Of a stretch of 64,000 nt of DNA, positions 55,950-63,864 are shown in pieces. The stretch spans positions 1-64,000 of the IMG/VR virus record IMGVR_UViG_3300047160_027173; one strand, given 5' to 3'. The DNA is from a virus. A program made the position numbers and the translations under genes. Position 1 is the stretch's first letter. Each line of letters opens with the position of its first letter. Below the pieces are notes generated by a model. It was not told the origin of the DNA. It made no database searches and worked only from the letters and a program-made list of their open reading frames with translations.

Positions 55950-57349
55950 TGGACACCGAGAAGACCGAGCAGGAGCTGGTCGGAGTGAGCATCGACAGAG
56001 AGCTGGAGCTGGACTACGAGCTGAGCGCTGAGCGCAAGGAACTGGCCAGCGCCGTCCCCTTCAGGCGCAAGGCCGCCCCCTGGAGGAGCTACGGCTACGC
56101 CCGGGACCGCATCCTCTTCAGCGAGGACGACGCCGTCCGTGGCCTCATGCAGCAGGTCCAGGCCGGTGGCGTGGACCCCTTCATCCATCACCAGATCAGC
56201 GTCCAGCACAAGGACGACATGCCGGCCAAGACCCTCCTGGACGCCTTCGACACGGAGTTCGGCACCGAGCTGGCCGTCATGGAGGACTCCTTCATGACCA
56301 AGGCCGACAACGAAGAGGTCTTCGGCGCCAGCGAGGAGCTGCGCTTCGAGATCAGCTCCGAGGCCCAGCTGACTGAGGAGAATCTCCGGAAGTACAACTA
56401 TCAGATGCTCGGCCGCCTCGACCGTCACCGGACCTACATCGGCGACCAGGCCTTCATCCGCTTCGAGATCGACGAGATCCGCCACCTGGTCCGGGCCGAC
56501 ACGTACACCACCGACCGGGCCCTGTACAAGCGCCTGCTGAAGTTCATGGCCCGCTTCCAGGTCGGTCCCACGGTGCGCGCCGCCAAGGGCAGCAGCGTCA
56601 ACGTCATCATCCAGAGCAACCAAGGCCTGAAGCTGAGCAGCGTCGGCTTCGACGGCGAGCCCCTGGAGCGCGGCAACTACCAGGACAGCTTCCTCACGGC
56701 CTACGACCGCATCGTCAGCGACCTCCGGACCACCAAGCCCACGGGGCGCATCGCCATCTTCCGCGGGCCTCCGGGCACGGGCAAGACCTGGGCCCTCCGC
56801 GGCCTCCTCTTCGACGTCACCGAGGTCACCTACATCATGGTCAGCCCACACATGGTGCCGCAGCTGGCGACCCCGGGCTTCGTCGAGCTGCTCATGGGCC
56901 TGAAGAAGAAGAAGCGGACCATGGTACTGGTCGTCGAAGATGCCGACGAGGTTCTCGCGGATCGTGGCGAGGGCAACATGTCCGCCATCGCCGCCGTCCT
57001 GAACCTCAGCGACGGCATCCTCGGCGCCCTCCTGGACCTGCGCATCGTCGCCACGACCAACGCCCACAAGGCGGCCCTGGACGCGGCCGTCATGCGCGCC
57101 GGCCGTCTGTCGGCAGTCGCCGAGGTCGGCAAGCTCAGCGCCGAGCGCGCCACCGAGGCCTACCGACGCATCACCGGCGGCAAGGGTGACCGCGTCTTCA
57201 AGGCCGAGACCAGCATCGCCGACGTCTACCGTCAGGTCGGTGAGGATGGCCTGGAGCCTGAGAAGCGCATGAAGCTCCAGAACCTGGACAAGGGCACGAT
57301 GGGCTTCGGCGACGACGGCGACGACGAAGAGTCCTTCGACGAGGAGTGA
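55949..57349 (+). CDS. AAA+ ATPase
   Basis: GPPGTGKT, VVEDADE, LNLSDG, TTN, DAAVMRAGRL (second region of homology). Confidence 0.9.
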   Translation: MDTEKTEQELVGVSIDRELELDYELSAERKELASAVPFRRKAAPWRSYGYARDRILFSEDDAVRGLMQQVQAGGVDPFIHHQISVQHKDDMPAKTLLDAFDTEFGTELAVMEDSFMTKADNEEVFGASEELRFEISSEAQLTEENLRKYNYQMLGRLDRHRTYIGDQAFIRFEIDEIRHLVRADTYTTDRALYKRLLKFMARFQVGPTVRAAKGSSVNVIIQSNQGLKLSSVGFDGEPLERGNYQDSFLTAYDRIVSDLRTTKPTGRIAIFRGPPGTGKTWALRGLLFDVTEVTYIMVSPHMVPQLATPGFVELLMGLKKKKRTMVLVVEDADEVLADRGEGNMSAIAAVLNLSDGILGALLDLRIVATTNAHKAALDAAVMRAGRLSAVAEVGKLSAERATEAYRRITGGKGDRVFKAETSIADVYRQVGEDGLEPEKRMKLQNLDKGTMGFGDDGDDEESFDEE

Positions 57350-57350
57350 C

Positions 57351-57938
57351 GTGAACGCCAGCGACGCCTACAGAGCCCACCAGCTGGTCCAGCAGCTCTA
57401 CGAGAACCGCCCCGAGCGCCTTGTTCACGTCCATGACGTGGCCGGGGTGCTCCGGGAGATGGGGACCACCGCCGAGCTGCGGATATGGGACGAGGCCGAG
57501 GTCTTCGTCGCGGCCTACCTGCACGACGTCCTCGACGACGTCGTCATCACCAGGCCCGAGCTTCGGGACGCCCTCGGTGAGGAGGCCCTGAAGCTCGCCG
57601 ACGACCTCAGCGAGAACTTCGTCGTCGGCTGCGCCAGGCGCTGCACGTTCTTCGAGAACCTGCCCGCGCTCCGCGCCAGCCCCGTGGCCCTGGAGGTCAG
57701 GCTCGCGGCCCGCTTCGCGAACTGGCGCCAGGCCCTGGAGACCGGGGACGACCACCGCCGGGCCTGGTACAGGAAGGACTACCTCCTGTTCCGGTCCGAG
57801 CTGATCAAGCTGCCCGTGAAGAATCCCCAGTACTGGCTGCGCCTCGACGGTCTCATGGACGAACTGCCCGAGGCCAGCTGGGAAGTCGACGGCGTCCGCC
57901 ACTTCGGCATCGTTACACCCGGAGTTGATTTCCGCTGA
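57351..57938 (+). CDS. HD-domain protein, RelA/SpoT-hydrolase (Mesh1)-like, degenerate
   Basis: H..DVA..L, AAYLHDVLDD, EVRLAARFAN. Confidence 0.7.
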   Translation: MNASDAYRAHQLVQQLYENRPERLVHVHDVAGVLREMGTTAELRIWDEAEVFVAAYLHDVLDDVVITRPELRDALGEEALKLADDLSENFVVGCARRCTFFENLPALRASPVALEVRLAARFANWRQALETGDDHRRAWYRKDYLLFRSELIKLPVKNPQYWLRLDGLMDELPEASWEVDGVRHFGIVTPGVDFR

Positions 57939-57953
57939 GGTTCGTGTTATAGT
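57925..57953 (+). promoter_or_regulatory. Strong sigma70-like promoter
   Basis: TTGATT-N17-TATAGT with TGn extension. Confidence 0.7.
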
Positions 57954-57992
57954 GTAGTTCGTGGACATTCTCATCCACTGATCGGAGACATC

Positions 57993-58463
57993 GTGTCGAA
58001 GAAGGTCAGCATCACCGAAGTCCGCAAGCAGCTCCGCACGGAGATGAAGGCCATGGCCCTGCACTACCAGGCGCCGGTCGAGCTGGATGCCCGCTTCGAG
58101 GGCAAGCTCAAGGCCCTGCCGGCGGCCCGGACCGAGGCCCAGGCCCAGTACCTGATCATCGCCAAGGCCCGGCTCCTGACCGGCTACCAGACGCACCTGC
58201 TGAGCCTCTGGGCCCAGGGGAAGATCGACGGCCCCCGGACCCCGGAATCCCTGGTGAAGAAGGCCGACAAGCTCGACAACCTGGCCAAGTTCATCGAGAC
58301 CAAGGGCAACACCGAGAAGGCCTACGAGTACCGCCGCGAGGCCATCGGCCTCCGCAGTGAGGCCGTGGAGCTGGAGAGGTCCAGGGCCCGCAACAAGGGC
58401 ACGTCCGTGGACTCGGACCTCGGCGAGGAGATCACCCTGGCGAGGCCCCCGCGCCAGAGTTAA
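57993..58463 (+). CDS. Hypothetical helical protein
   Basis: GGAG RBS, 156 aa. Confidence 0.7.
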   Translation: MSKKVSITEVRKQLRTEMKAMALHYQAPVELDARFEGKLKALPAARTEAQAQYLIIAKARLLTGYQTHLLSLWAQGKIDGPRTPESLVKKADKLDNLAKFIETKGNTEKAYEYRREAIGLRSEAVELERSRARNKGTSVDSDLGEEITLARPPRQS

Positions 58464-58472
58464 GGAACCCGC

Positions 58473-58640
58473 ATGAAGCCCAAAGCCCAGAAGCGTGAAG
58501 AGGCCGAGATCCGGCTGAAGGCCTACCAGGCCATGACCGTGGCAGAGAAGCTCGCCGAGCTTGACCGCAAGTTCGGCCCGGGCCAGGGCGCCAGCAAGCA
58601 GCGGGCTCGCCTTGCTGCAGAGAGCGAGAAGAAGTCGTGA
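58473..58640 (+). CDS. Small basic protein (not in the ORF track)
   Basis: 55 aa MKPKAQKREEAE...GQGASKQRARL. Confidence 0.65.
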   Translation: MKPKAQKREEAEIRLKAYQAMTVAEKLAELDRKFGPGQGASKQRARLAAESEKKS

Positions 58641-58894
58641 GCAAGGCAGAGCGCGTCCTCGACGTCAAGACCATCCCCGTCATGGAGTACAAGACCATCC
58701 CCGTCATGGAGTACAAGACCATCCCCGACGTCATCGACGGCAAGCTGGAGACGGAGCTGAACGCCATCGCCCGCCAGGGCTGGAAGCTGGAGCAGATCGT
58801 CCGCGGTCCGGGCAGCTGGACTCTGATCATGGTCCGGGAGACCCTCTTCGTCACCGAGCTGGTGCCGACCGTGGAGTTGCCGGAGGGCGGCTGA
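58637..58894 (+). CDS. DUF4177-like protein
   Basis: MEYKTI...ELNAIARQGWKLEQI. Confidence 0.65.
   Translation: MSKAERVLDVKTIPVMEYKTIPVMEYKTIPDVIDGKLETELNAIARQGWKLEQIVRGPGSWTLIMVRETLFVTELVPTVELPEGG
58666..58727 (+). repeat. 24-bp tandem repeat (about 2.6 copies)
   Basis: CAAGACCATCCCCGTCATGGAGTA twice plus a partial copy. Confidence 0.9.
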
Positions 58895-59097
58895 TGGTCT
58901 GGCTGTTCTTCGTCACGTTCTACCTGAAGGCAGACGGACTGCCCTGGTGGGGCTGGGTTCTCTTCGTGGGCTGCATCATCTACGACTGGCAGAAGGAACA
59001 CCGGGAGGCCAAGCAGGTCGATGAGCTGAGGGCAGAGATTCACTTCCTGCGAGAGATCGCCAAGAGCTATGAAGACCAGCGCAACAGTCAGGGTTGA
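58894..59097 (+). CDS. Small membrane protein
   Basis: Hydrophobic N-terminal half, coiled-coil tail. Confidence 0.55.
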   Translation: MVWLFFVTFYLKADGLPWWGWVLFVGCIIYDWQKEHREAKQVDELRAEIHFLREIAKSYEDQRNSQG

Positions 59098-59290
59098 CGG
59101 CTTCGGCAACCTCTTCGTCTACCACCGCGAAGGCGTCTTCGAGGATGGCCGGGGGAAGTTCTACGACGACGGCCTCGTCCGGGACACAGTCTACCTCAGC
59201 GACCTGGAACCCTGCCCGCACCAGTACGTCCACGCCGACGGCGTCAGCTGGGTCTGCATCCGCTGCGATGACGTTACGAGGAACCCATGA
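59069..59290 (+). CDS. Small hypothetical protein
   Basis: CPH...CIRC zinc-ribbon-like end. Confidence 0.5.
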   Translation: MKTSATVRVDGFGNLFVYHREGVFEDGRGKFYDDGLVRDTVYLSDLEPCPHQYVHADGVSWVCIRCDDVTRNP

Positions 59291-59511
59291 CCGAGACCGA
59301 GAAGGCCATCAAGAAGATCAGCCAGTACGCGACCAAGCACGGCCTGGACCTGCGTGAGTTTGCCGAGCGCGTAGGAGCCGCAGTCAGCATCTACACACCC
59401 CTGAGCGAGGCCTTGTGGAGCATCCGTCGCACGATGGAGAACGAGCGCTACGAGCGCAACATGAAGCTGGCTTGCCAGGCCCTGGCTCAGGTCGCGAAGG
59501 ATACGCCATGA
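59287..59511 (+). CDS. Hypothetical protein
   Basis: 74 aa, GAGG RBS. Confidence 0.6.
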   Translation: MTETEKAIKKISQYATKHGLDLREFAERVGAAVSIYTPLSEALWSIRRTMENERYERNMKLACQALAQVAKDTP

Positions 59512-60143
59512 CCACTCCGACCCCGACGCCCGCGTGCGACTGCCATCAGAGCGGCGACCTAGCGCATGCCCGCGACTGCCCCGCCGCGCCGCCCGCTGAG
59601 GTGTGCGAGCCCGATTGTCCTTATATCCACCCCGCCGCGCCGCCCGCCCGTATCTGTGGCTGCTGTGGCGGTAGCAATGACGGACAGCCTGAGGCCTGTC
59701 ACTGGTGCGGTACCGTGTTGGGCCCCGCCGACGAGAACGTCCACAGCGAATGCTGCTCATGCTGCTTCGACCTGCGCGACGCTCGCCGCGAACGCGACGC
59801 GCTCCGGGCCGAGTCGGACGTGCTCGGCGGTCACATGGAATGCGCCAAGCTGGAGCAGGAGCGGCTCCGGCGCGACCTCGACGCGGCACGAGCGGAGGTG
59901 GAGCGGCTGCGCGCATATGACCTTCAGTGGGCCGAGGCGTTGCAGTCGGCCAACGAGGGGCGGAAACGCGCCGAGGCCGAGGTGGAGCGGCTGCAGGGCG
60001 ACGTTGGCGAGGAGTTCCTGCGCGCCGAACGCGCCGAGGCGAACGTGGTCCGGCTCGTCCGGGCCTTCTGCACCTGTGGCGGGACCTCAGTGCACCGGCA
60101 CGACTGTCCCATCACCATCGAACTCGACCGGGAGACGCCGTGA
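59508..60143 (+). CDS. Cys-rich plus coiled-coil hypothetical protein
   Basis: Start MTTPTP at 59508; many Cys clusters, AEVERL repeats. Confidence 0.6.
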   Translation: MTTPTPTPACDCHQSGDLAHARDCPAAPPAEVCEPDCPYIHPAAPPARICGCCGGSNDGQPEACHWCGTVLGPADENVHSECCSCCFDLRDARRERDALRAESDVLGGHMECAKLEQERLRRDLDAARAEVERLRAYDLQWAEALQSANEGRKRAEAEVERLQGDVGEEFLRAERAEANVVRLVRAFCTCGGTSVHRHDCPITIELDRETP

Positions 60144-60355
60144 AGAAGTACATCGTCATGCTCTACGCCGGTTTCGAGGTAGAGGCCGAGAACATCGCCC
60201 AGGCCCGGAAGATGGCCAAGAAGCACATCCAGACCATCCCGCAGAGCAAAGGCGGTATCTGTGGCAGCTACCCAGTCAGCCACAAGGACCGGACCAGGCT
60301 CAAGTACTCGATTGAGAGGCAGTTCATGAACCTCGACGTCTGGAGGAAGTTCTAG
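60140..60355 (+). CDS. Hypothetical protein
   Basis: GTG overlapping the upstream stop. Confidence 0.55.
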   Translation: MKKYIVMLYAGFEVEAENIAQARKMAKKHIQTIPQSKGGICGSYPVSHKDRTRLKYSIERQFMNLDVWRKF

Positions 60356-60588
60356 TGGGTCACACGTTCAGAGAATCGCTCAAGGCCGAGCCAGGCCAGC
60401 GCATGGGCATCGTCCGCGACAGCCACTGGCTGCTCTGGGGCTACGGCTACGGCTTCATGATCGGAGCCCCGAACTGGCTGAAGCGATTCATCGTCATGAA
60501 CTGGAACCGGGTCACGTGTCGCATCTGGCGGCACTGGCAGTTCCAGGACGTCTGCGTCATGTGCTGCAAGAAGATGGAGCTGCCGTGA
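60355..60588 (+). CDS. Hypothetical protein
   Basis: C...H.W...CVMC motif. Confidence 0.5.
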   Translation: MGHTFRESLKAEPGQRMGIVRDSHWLLWGYGYGFMIGAPNWLKRFIVMNWNRVTCRIWRHWQFQDVCVMCCKKMELP

Positions 60589-60875
60589 ACGAGCGCGCCT
60601 ACCGGCAGCTGCTTGACCGGAACCGCGACCTGGAGGAGCTACTCAGGGCCTTCCGGAACACGACCGTGGCCGAGAAGTACTACCCGCGGGCATTCCTGGC
60701 CAAGGTTGATGCTGCCCTGGGTCCGGAGAAGACCTACGGCATCCTGGAGCTGACCCCGGAGATCCTGATCAGCCACGAGGACTGCCCGTTCTGCGAGGCC
60801 TACAAGAAGATCGCCGGGAAGTACCCGGACCTGGGCTGCCCGTCGGAGACCGACGAGAACCTCGGAGACGACTAG
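60585..60875 (+). CDS. Hypothetical protein
   Basis: GTG overlapping the upstream stop; CPFC. Confidence 0.55.
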   Translation: MNERAYRQLLDRNRDLEELLRAFRNTTVAEKYYPRAFLAKVDAALGPEKTYGILELTPEILISHEDCPFCEAYKKIAGKYPDLGCPSETDENLGDD

Positions 60876-61774
60876 TCCTCGGCGGGAGCCGCGGGCTTCT
60901 CAGCCTTGGGCTCGGGAGCGCTGGGCGCGTCCATGGGATCGACGACGGCGTCGATGGCGTGGATCTGCAGGGCTTCTTCGGGGCTGAGCCACCAGTCGTG
61001 GCCGTAGACCTTGGCGCGGTAGGCCTCCAGGGGCATCCCCAGACGGCTGCTGACCAAGGTATCGACCATGATATTCAGGCGGTGGATGAGAGCCATCTCG
61101 TCGTCGCCCTGGGCCTCGTTGCGGGCGTCGATGCCGTTGATCTGAACCTCGTGGAAGAGAATCAGCGTCGCCGGACCGACGGCGTAGCGCTCATCGCAGG
61201 CTGCTTCGAGGGTGATCGCGGCTGCGCTCGCGGCCATGATGTCGGCGTAACAAACCAGCGAAGCGCCGGTCTGCTTCTTGAGGTCGGCCATGGACTGGAG
61301 GAACTTCAGCATGGCGAAGCCCGAACCTCCGGGCGACGTGATCCTCACCAGAACCCGCTTGTGGTTCTTGGCGGCCTTCCAGGCCTGCTGAGTCCAGTCT
61401 TCGACGGAGCCCGACGAGAACTGGCTGTCCATGAGGACGTCGAACACCTTGCCCTTGTCCGGGGCGAAGCGCGGGGCCATCATCGGGGACGGAGCGGCCT
61501 CGACCTTGGGCTCAGCCTTCGGAGCAACAGGAGCCGGGGCAGGCGCCGGAGCTTCGGCCTTCGGGGCCGGCTTCGGGGCGTGCTTCTTGTGGGGGAGATG
61601 CTTCTTCACCCAGCCCTTGATGGCCTTGCCGTGGACGAGCCAGGTGTGCCAGCCGGCGAAGCTCAGAGCGCCGAGGCTGAGTCCGAGTAGAACCAGCAGC
61701 GCCCACTTGCGGAGTTGCTTCCAGGAGGGGGACTTCTTCGGGGCGGCGGGCTTCTTCTCGGGGCGATCAGCCAT
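60872..61774 (-). CDS. Membrane-anchored ClpP/crotonase-fold peptidase (paralog 3)
   Basis: TM plus Pro/Ala linker; RITSPGGS, MAASAAA, LFHE, HDWWLSPEEAL....IDAVV. Confidence 0.8.
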   Translation of the reverse strand: MADRPEKKPAAPKKSPSWKQLRKWALLVLLGLSLGALSFAGWHTWLVHGKAIKGWVKKHLPHKKHAPKPAPKAEAPAPAPAPVAPKAEPKVEAAPSPMMAPRFAPDKGKVFDVLMDSQFSSGSVEDWTQQAWKAAKNHKRVLVRITSPGGSGFAMLKFLQSMADLKKQTGASLVCYADIMAASAAAITLEAACDERYAVGPATLILFHEVQINGIDARNEAQGDDEMALIHRLNIMVDTLVSSRLGMPLEAYRAKVYGHDWWLSPEEALQIHAIDAVVDPMDAPSAPEPKAEKPAAPAED

Positions 61775-61973
61775 GTCGTCTATCCTCTAAGGGTTGCCTC
61801 CCCTCGGGACGATGACACGCTTGATCTGTACCCAACAGACGCCCATGCAGCCTCCACGAAGGGCTGACTCAGACGTAGGTTAAGTCAGGAGTCGATTCTG
61901 CCCAAGAACCAGCGAGCGATGAGCATCACCACGAGCTGGACGGCGGCGAGGACGATGATGGCCTTGAGGAGCA

Positions 61974-62174
61974 TCACTTGGACCCCCGGACTTCCTGGAC
62001 GATGCGCAGCCAGTTGCGGCTGGCGTCGCGCTGCTGACGGGCGAGCTTCAGCTCGGCGACGAGGACGCGGATGAGCTTGACGTGGAAGCTGACGAGCTTG
62101 CCACTGCGGGCCCAGTCCACGAGGTACTCCTCGGCGGCCTCAACGGGGTCTTGAGTCGGTTGGTCGGTCATCAT
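61974..62174 (-). CDS. Hypothetical protein
   Basis: 66 aa ORF in the minus block. Confidence 0.5.
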   Translation of the reverse strand: MMTDQPTQDPVEAAEEYLVDWARSGKLVSFHVKLIRVLVAELKLARQQRDASRNWLRIVQEVRGSK

Positions 62175-62182
62175 GGCCTTCT

Positions 62183-62422
62183 CTACTCCTCGCCGTTGCG
62201 GATTGCTTCCAGCTCCCGGTACATGCGGCGGATGGTGTCCTGGTGCAGGGCCAGCTTCTCGCGAAGCTCGGCGTTCTCCGCGACGACCTTGTCGTAGAGG
62301 GCCTGCAGCTGGGCCTTGATCATGTTCTGCTCGATCTTGGCGTGGAGCTTCCTGAGGTCGATGTTGCCGACCTTGGTCATGGCCTGGGCGACGGCCTTGT
62401 CGAACTTCCCCAGCGTGGTCAT
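62183..62422 (-). CDS. Coiled-coil hypothetical protein
   Basis: 79 aa, GGAG RBS. Confidence 0.55.
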   Translation of the reverse strand: MTTLGKFDKAVAQAMTKVGNIDLRKLHAKIEQNMIKAQLQALYDKVVAENAELREKLALHQDTIRRMYRELEAIRNGEE

Positions 62423-62507
62423 GGCATTTCTCCGGTGAGGATGTAGTGGGTGGCGTTCAGGCTCCCGTAGAACCAGAGCCAGTAGGGGACGAACATCAGG
62501 TTGAAGA

Positions 62508-62648
62508 TCATCGGCGCCTCTTGAGGCCGAGGATGTGCAGAAGGAGCAGGCCGACGGCGAGCATCACCAGGGCCTTGGTCGGGAGCAGGGCCAGGATGAA
62601 GAGGCCGATGATGGCGAGGAGGAGGCCGCCCCAGGCGTCGGAGTTCAC
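62508..62648 (-). CDS. Small hydrophobic peptide
   Basis: 46 aa, two short hydrophobic segments, GGAGG RBS. Confidence 0.45.
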   Translation of the reverse strand: MNSDAWGGLLLAIIGLFILALLPTKALVMLAVGLLLLHILGLKRRR

Positions 62649-62809
62649 TGGTGCCTCCAGCTCTCGTCGATGCCGGTCAGGGGGAGCTTCTCGTCGGCGT
62701 CGGGAATCTCGATGGGGGCGTAGCTGCGGACGGGCTTCGGCTTCGGCCGTGAGGTCACGACCGGCACCGGCTTGGGCTTCGGACGGAACAGCCAGGAGAA
62801 GAGGCTCAT
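62645..62809 (-). CDS. Small Pro/Lys-rich protein
   Basis: 54 aa MSLFSWLFRPKPKP; preceded by GTTA-N10. Confidence 0.5.
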   Translation of the reverse strand: MSLFSWLFRPKPKPVPVVTSRPKPKPVRSYAPIEIPDADEKLPLTGIDESWRHQ

Positions 62810-62841
62810 GGACCCCCTCTAACGGCTAGAGTTCGGAAATG

Positions 62842-63846
62842 CTACTCCAGGTCGATGCTGTCCTCGGACCGCTGCCGGAAGTAGGCGCGGATGTCATCCC
62901 GGAGGCTAATACTCCTGGGAGTTCCATGGTCTACGAGGTGCCACACGCCCTGCCAGTCCTTCTTGATGTCCCTCTCGGGATCGAACTGGTTCTTGGTCAG
63001 GACCGACCAACGTTCCGCGTACTTGCGATTTTTCTTCTTACCGTGAAAGTAGTGAACGATGGAGCCAGGTGTGAAGCCGACATCCTGGCGGATGGTCTTC
63101 TCGACCCGAGTCTGGAACGTGAGGAGCTTGCGCTTGAAGTTCGGATGGGCGTTGGTCGGGACCGAGCGCATGACGTCACCGATGAAGGCCATGGCCATGT
63201 GGTGGTCAGCGCTGCCCAGGATGGGGAAGTCCATGAGACCGCCCATGTTGTCGATGGCCTCGCGGCGAGCAGCCCAGGCGTAGCCCGGGTGCCAGAAGGC
63301 GGCCGAGGCTGCGACCTTGCCGGAGAGATCGTAGCCGCTGGGACCAGAGACCACGTTCCGGGGGGCGCCGAGCGCGAACTGACTGCCGAAGGACTTGTGC
63401 GTCTGCAGGGTCTCGCCGTCCGGGCCGAGGTCGATGCAGTCCCGCCAGGGCTGCACGAGCTGGTGGTGCTGCAGGGCCTGGATGGTCTGGTTCACCCAGT
63501 GCGGGTTCGTGAAGTGGATGTCGGCGTCGAGCCAGGCCATGTAGCGCCAGTCCGAGGGCAGGCGGCTGATGCCGATGTTGAGGAGGTTTTCCTTGTGCCA
63601 GAGTTCGTGCTGGAGGTTCACGACGACGGTGTTGTCGCCGGCAGGAGCCACGGGCTCGCGATGGCCGAAGGCACCCTCGACGACGGTCAGGTGCACGTTC
63701 TTCTGCTGGCGCATGTGCTCGTGGAACTGCTCGAAGAGACGGTAGCGGGACTTGTACCCGACCGGGTTCGAGACCATGGTGACGACGTGAAGTGTGGAGG
63801 AGGGCGGGGCTGGCGGGGCCAGTCGAGAATGAGTGTGATAGAGCAC
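62842..63846 (-). CDS. Glycosyltransferase-like protein (GT-A, DxD)
   Basis: WHKENLLNIG, YMAWLDADIHF, HPGYAWA, GSADHHMA, HYFHG. Confidence 0.7.
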   Translation of the reverse strand: MLYHTHSRLAPPAPPSSTLHVVTMVSNPVGYKSRYRLFEQFHEHMRQQKNVHLTVVEGAFGHREPVAPAGDNTVVVNLQHELWHKENLLNIGISRLPSDWRYMAWLDADIHFTNPHWVNQTIQALQHHQLVQPWRDCIDLGPDGETLQTHKSFGSQFALGAPRNVVSGPSGYDLSGKVAASAAFWHPGYAWAARREAIDNMGGLMDFPILGSADHHMAMAFIGDVMRSVPTNAHPNFKRKLLTFQTRVEKTIRQDVGFTPGSIVHYFHGKKKNRKYAERWSVLTKNQFDPERDIKKDWQGVWHLVDHGTPRSISLRDDIRAYFRQRSEDSIDLE

Positions 63847-63864
63847 GGGGATTCCCTTCCTGCT

